Assembly: GCA_964199315.1 (NCBI GenBank)
Contig: OZ116698.1
Location: 5,580,001 to 5,644,000, forward strand
DNA from: Orbicella franksi
Lineage: Eukaryota
DNA length: 64,000 nt
Reading direction: 5' to 3'
This document shows, piece by piece, positions 62,332 through 64,000 of this stretch (position 1 is its first letter; the number at the start of each line of letters is the position of its first letter). The position numbers were made by a program, and so were the translations under genes. The notes under the pieces are model-generated. The model was not told the origin of the DNA and did not search any database. It saw only the letters and a list, made by a program, of their open reading frames with translations.

Positions 62332-64000
62332 TTGAGAAAATCGAAAATCTATGTCAATGTGTTGGGCGCAAATAACACAATAATTACACACGAACAAGAG
62401 ACAAATCAATTTCAACGGCGAAAGTAAAAGGCTGTCACTAATTAAAATCCCGTCAATTCACTGCTATCAGTAGAAACATGATGTCCACTACATAAAAACT
62501 GTTTTTAGACGTTTTCGGAACATTGCGCGTTAACTTTGTTTGATTTCCTGTCCGTCGTCATGTCTAGTTTGTCATCGCGTGTATTTCCTTAATGTAAACA
62601 ACACTGTGAATGGTTGTCATAACAAACGCAAGAGATTTCCTGGAACATTAATGTTTTCGATTCAGCAAAACGCTTTAAGTTCGTTAAGACAGAATAATGG
62701 GCCAACTTGGAATGCTGTTTAGCATTAAGGACGTTAAAGGACTGTAAATTAATCGAGTTGAAATATCTTGAAGCAAATCAAAATCGCGCCCTTATTCTAA
62801 TTTGGTAAACAGCCGATCTCCGTTCAAGTTCAAGAAGTCGAGAGGTTAATCCGGCAATGTATCACCGGTGCAACAACAAAATCAAACCGAGGTCATCAAA
62901 AGTGTATGTTTAAAAGTGTAGTGGCAAGTTTCAAATAAATTTCACCTATATAAATTGGAAACAAGAAGTGAAACGATCTGACCCGAAACAAATAAACAAA
63001 ATATTAATACGACTAATTTAATCCGAAAATGTTACAGAAAACATACCTAAAAGCCGTCGATTCCCCTCAATACCACTCCACATTGCCTTAAAGAGCCCAA
63101 GCTTTCTGCTGTAAGAATCAGGGGCCTCATGAATCTGTTTTTACTATATCGGCAACCATGCTGCGGGGCTGATATTCGAGACTTAGTAAATGTTGTCACA
63201 CAACCGCACGTGCAGCCCAGTCACGCCTTTCACTGCTCTTGCGCAAATGTTCAACATTTCGCGATTTCCATAAACCGATTACAAGTTTAAAGTAGTGACA
63301 GTACATTGAAATGCGCTTTTTAAAGCTGTCCTATCCAGGAGCAATTATTTCTTGTTCTTGAATGGCTCTTAGCTGTAGCTACAGTCTGGCGGGGAGGGGG
63401 GAGGGGATACTCCGGGAAATTTCGGATATCTGTATGCCGTGGAAGATTAAGTGGTCTCGCAATCGGTCTGGTTATAATGCTAATCGTATTTGATAAAATC
63501 TCAAGTTTTCTTTCGACACATGCTGGGGTGACATACTACTAGATGGGCGTGGCAGGGAGCCACGAGTCAAGTCAGTCAACTCCCAAAGCTTAACAGAAGA
63601 GTGATAGTGAACCACTGGTGGAAGGACTGCAGATTGTCCCAACGCTTTACCCTGATAGGCCTCTATGTTATTCTAATGAACTGATACTGTTACAATGATA
63701 CTGTTTAGCTTTATGATCATGCTAATGGTTAAGGGTTTCTTTTGCTATTGAGTCAGACATCGCTCTTTCTTTATTTCTGTTGGAAGCATCGTTCTCTGAA
63801 GGAGACTTAAGGTCATTTTCTAAAAAGGTACGAACACTGCGACCTTAACATCAGTGCCATTGTCAACGGGTGTGACCGAGGAAGCGTCTGCTGATGTTTC
63901 CATGGATAGAGGATAGAAACTATGTACGGCAGGGATGTTTTAATGTCTTCAAGGCGGCTGCATTCGTGTCTTTCATATACTGTCTACTTTAGAGAGGCAC

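Noticed and set aside
63740-63830. Possible exon of a third gene (open frame ending AAAAAG|GTACGA)
   Set aside because: There is no clear acceptor or start and no recognisable homology, and it is too close to the window edge to support.
1-64000. CRISPR array, operon, prophage or defence system
   Set aside because: The DNA is spliceosomal-intron-rich animal sequence. I found no regularly spaced repeat-spacer array and no bacterial-type gene cluster.

Overview
This is eukaryotic (animal) genomic DNA, probably from a stony coral or related anthozoan. That is inferred from the interspersed-repeat families and the gene style, not proven. About 89% of the window (7..56743, + strand) is one giant gene, UBR4 (p600, N-recognin/E4 ubiquitin ligase). 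I reconstructed 106 coding exons by hand from splice sites and similarity to remembered human UBR4. They join into one continuous frame of 15,330 nt (5,109 aa plus stop). The 5' end of the gene lies upstream of the window. A second, 4-exon + strand gene (58943..61514, about 364 aa) encodes a predicted secreted protein: signal peptide, PAN/Apple-like domain, EGF domain and CASPR-type fibrinogen-like domain. The introns hold tRNA-derived SINEs, several MITEs, a truncated Penelope-like retroelement and microsatellites. Most entries in the ORF track are exon fragments, antisense shadows or repeat-derived ORFs. I found no prokaryotic features and no convincing new multi-gene system. The most interesting observations are: two minimal hammerhead-ribozyme motifs in sense orientation in UBR4 introns; a sharp two-part architecture of UBR4 (long CpG-poor exons in the 5' half, short CpG-richer exons in the 3' half); same-family SINEs bracketing the in-frame UBR-box exon; and an open in-frame GC-AG intron near the C-terminus.
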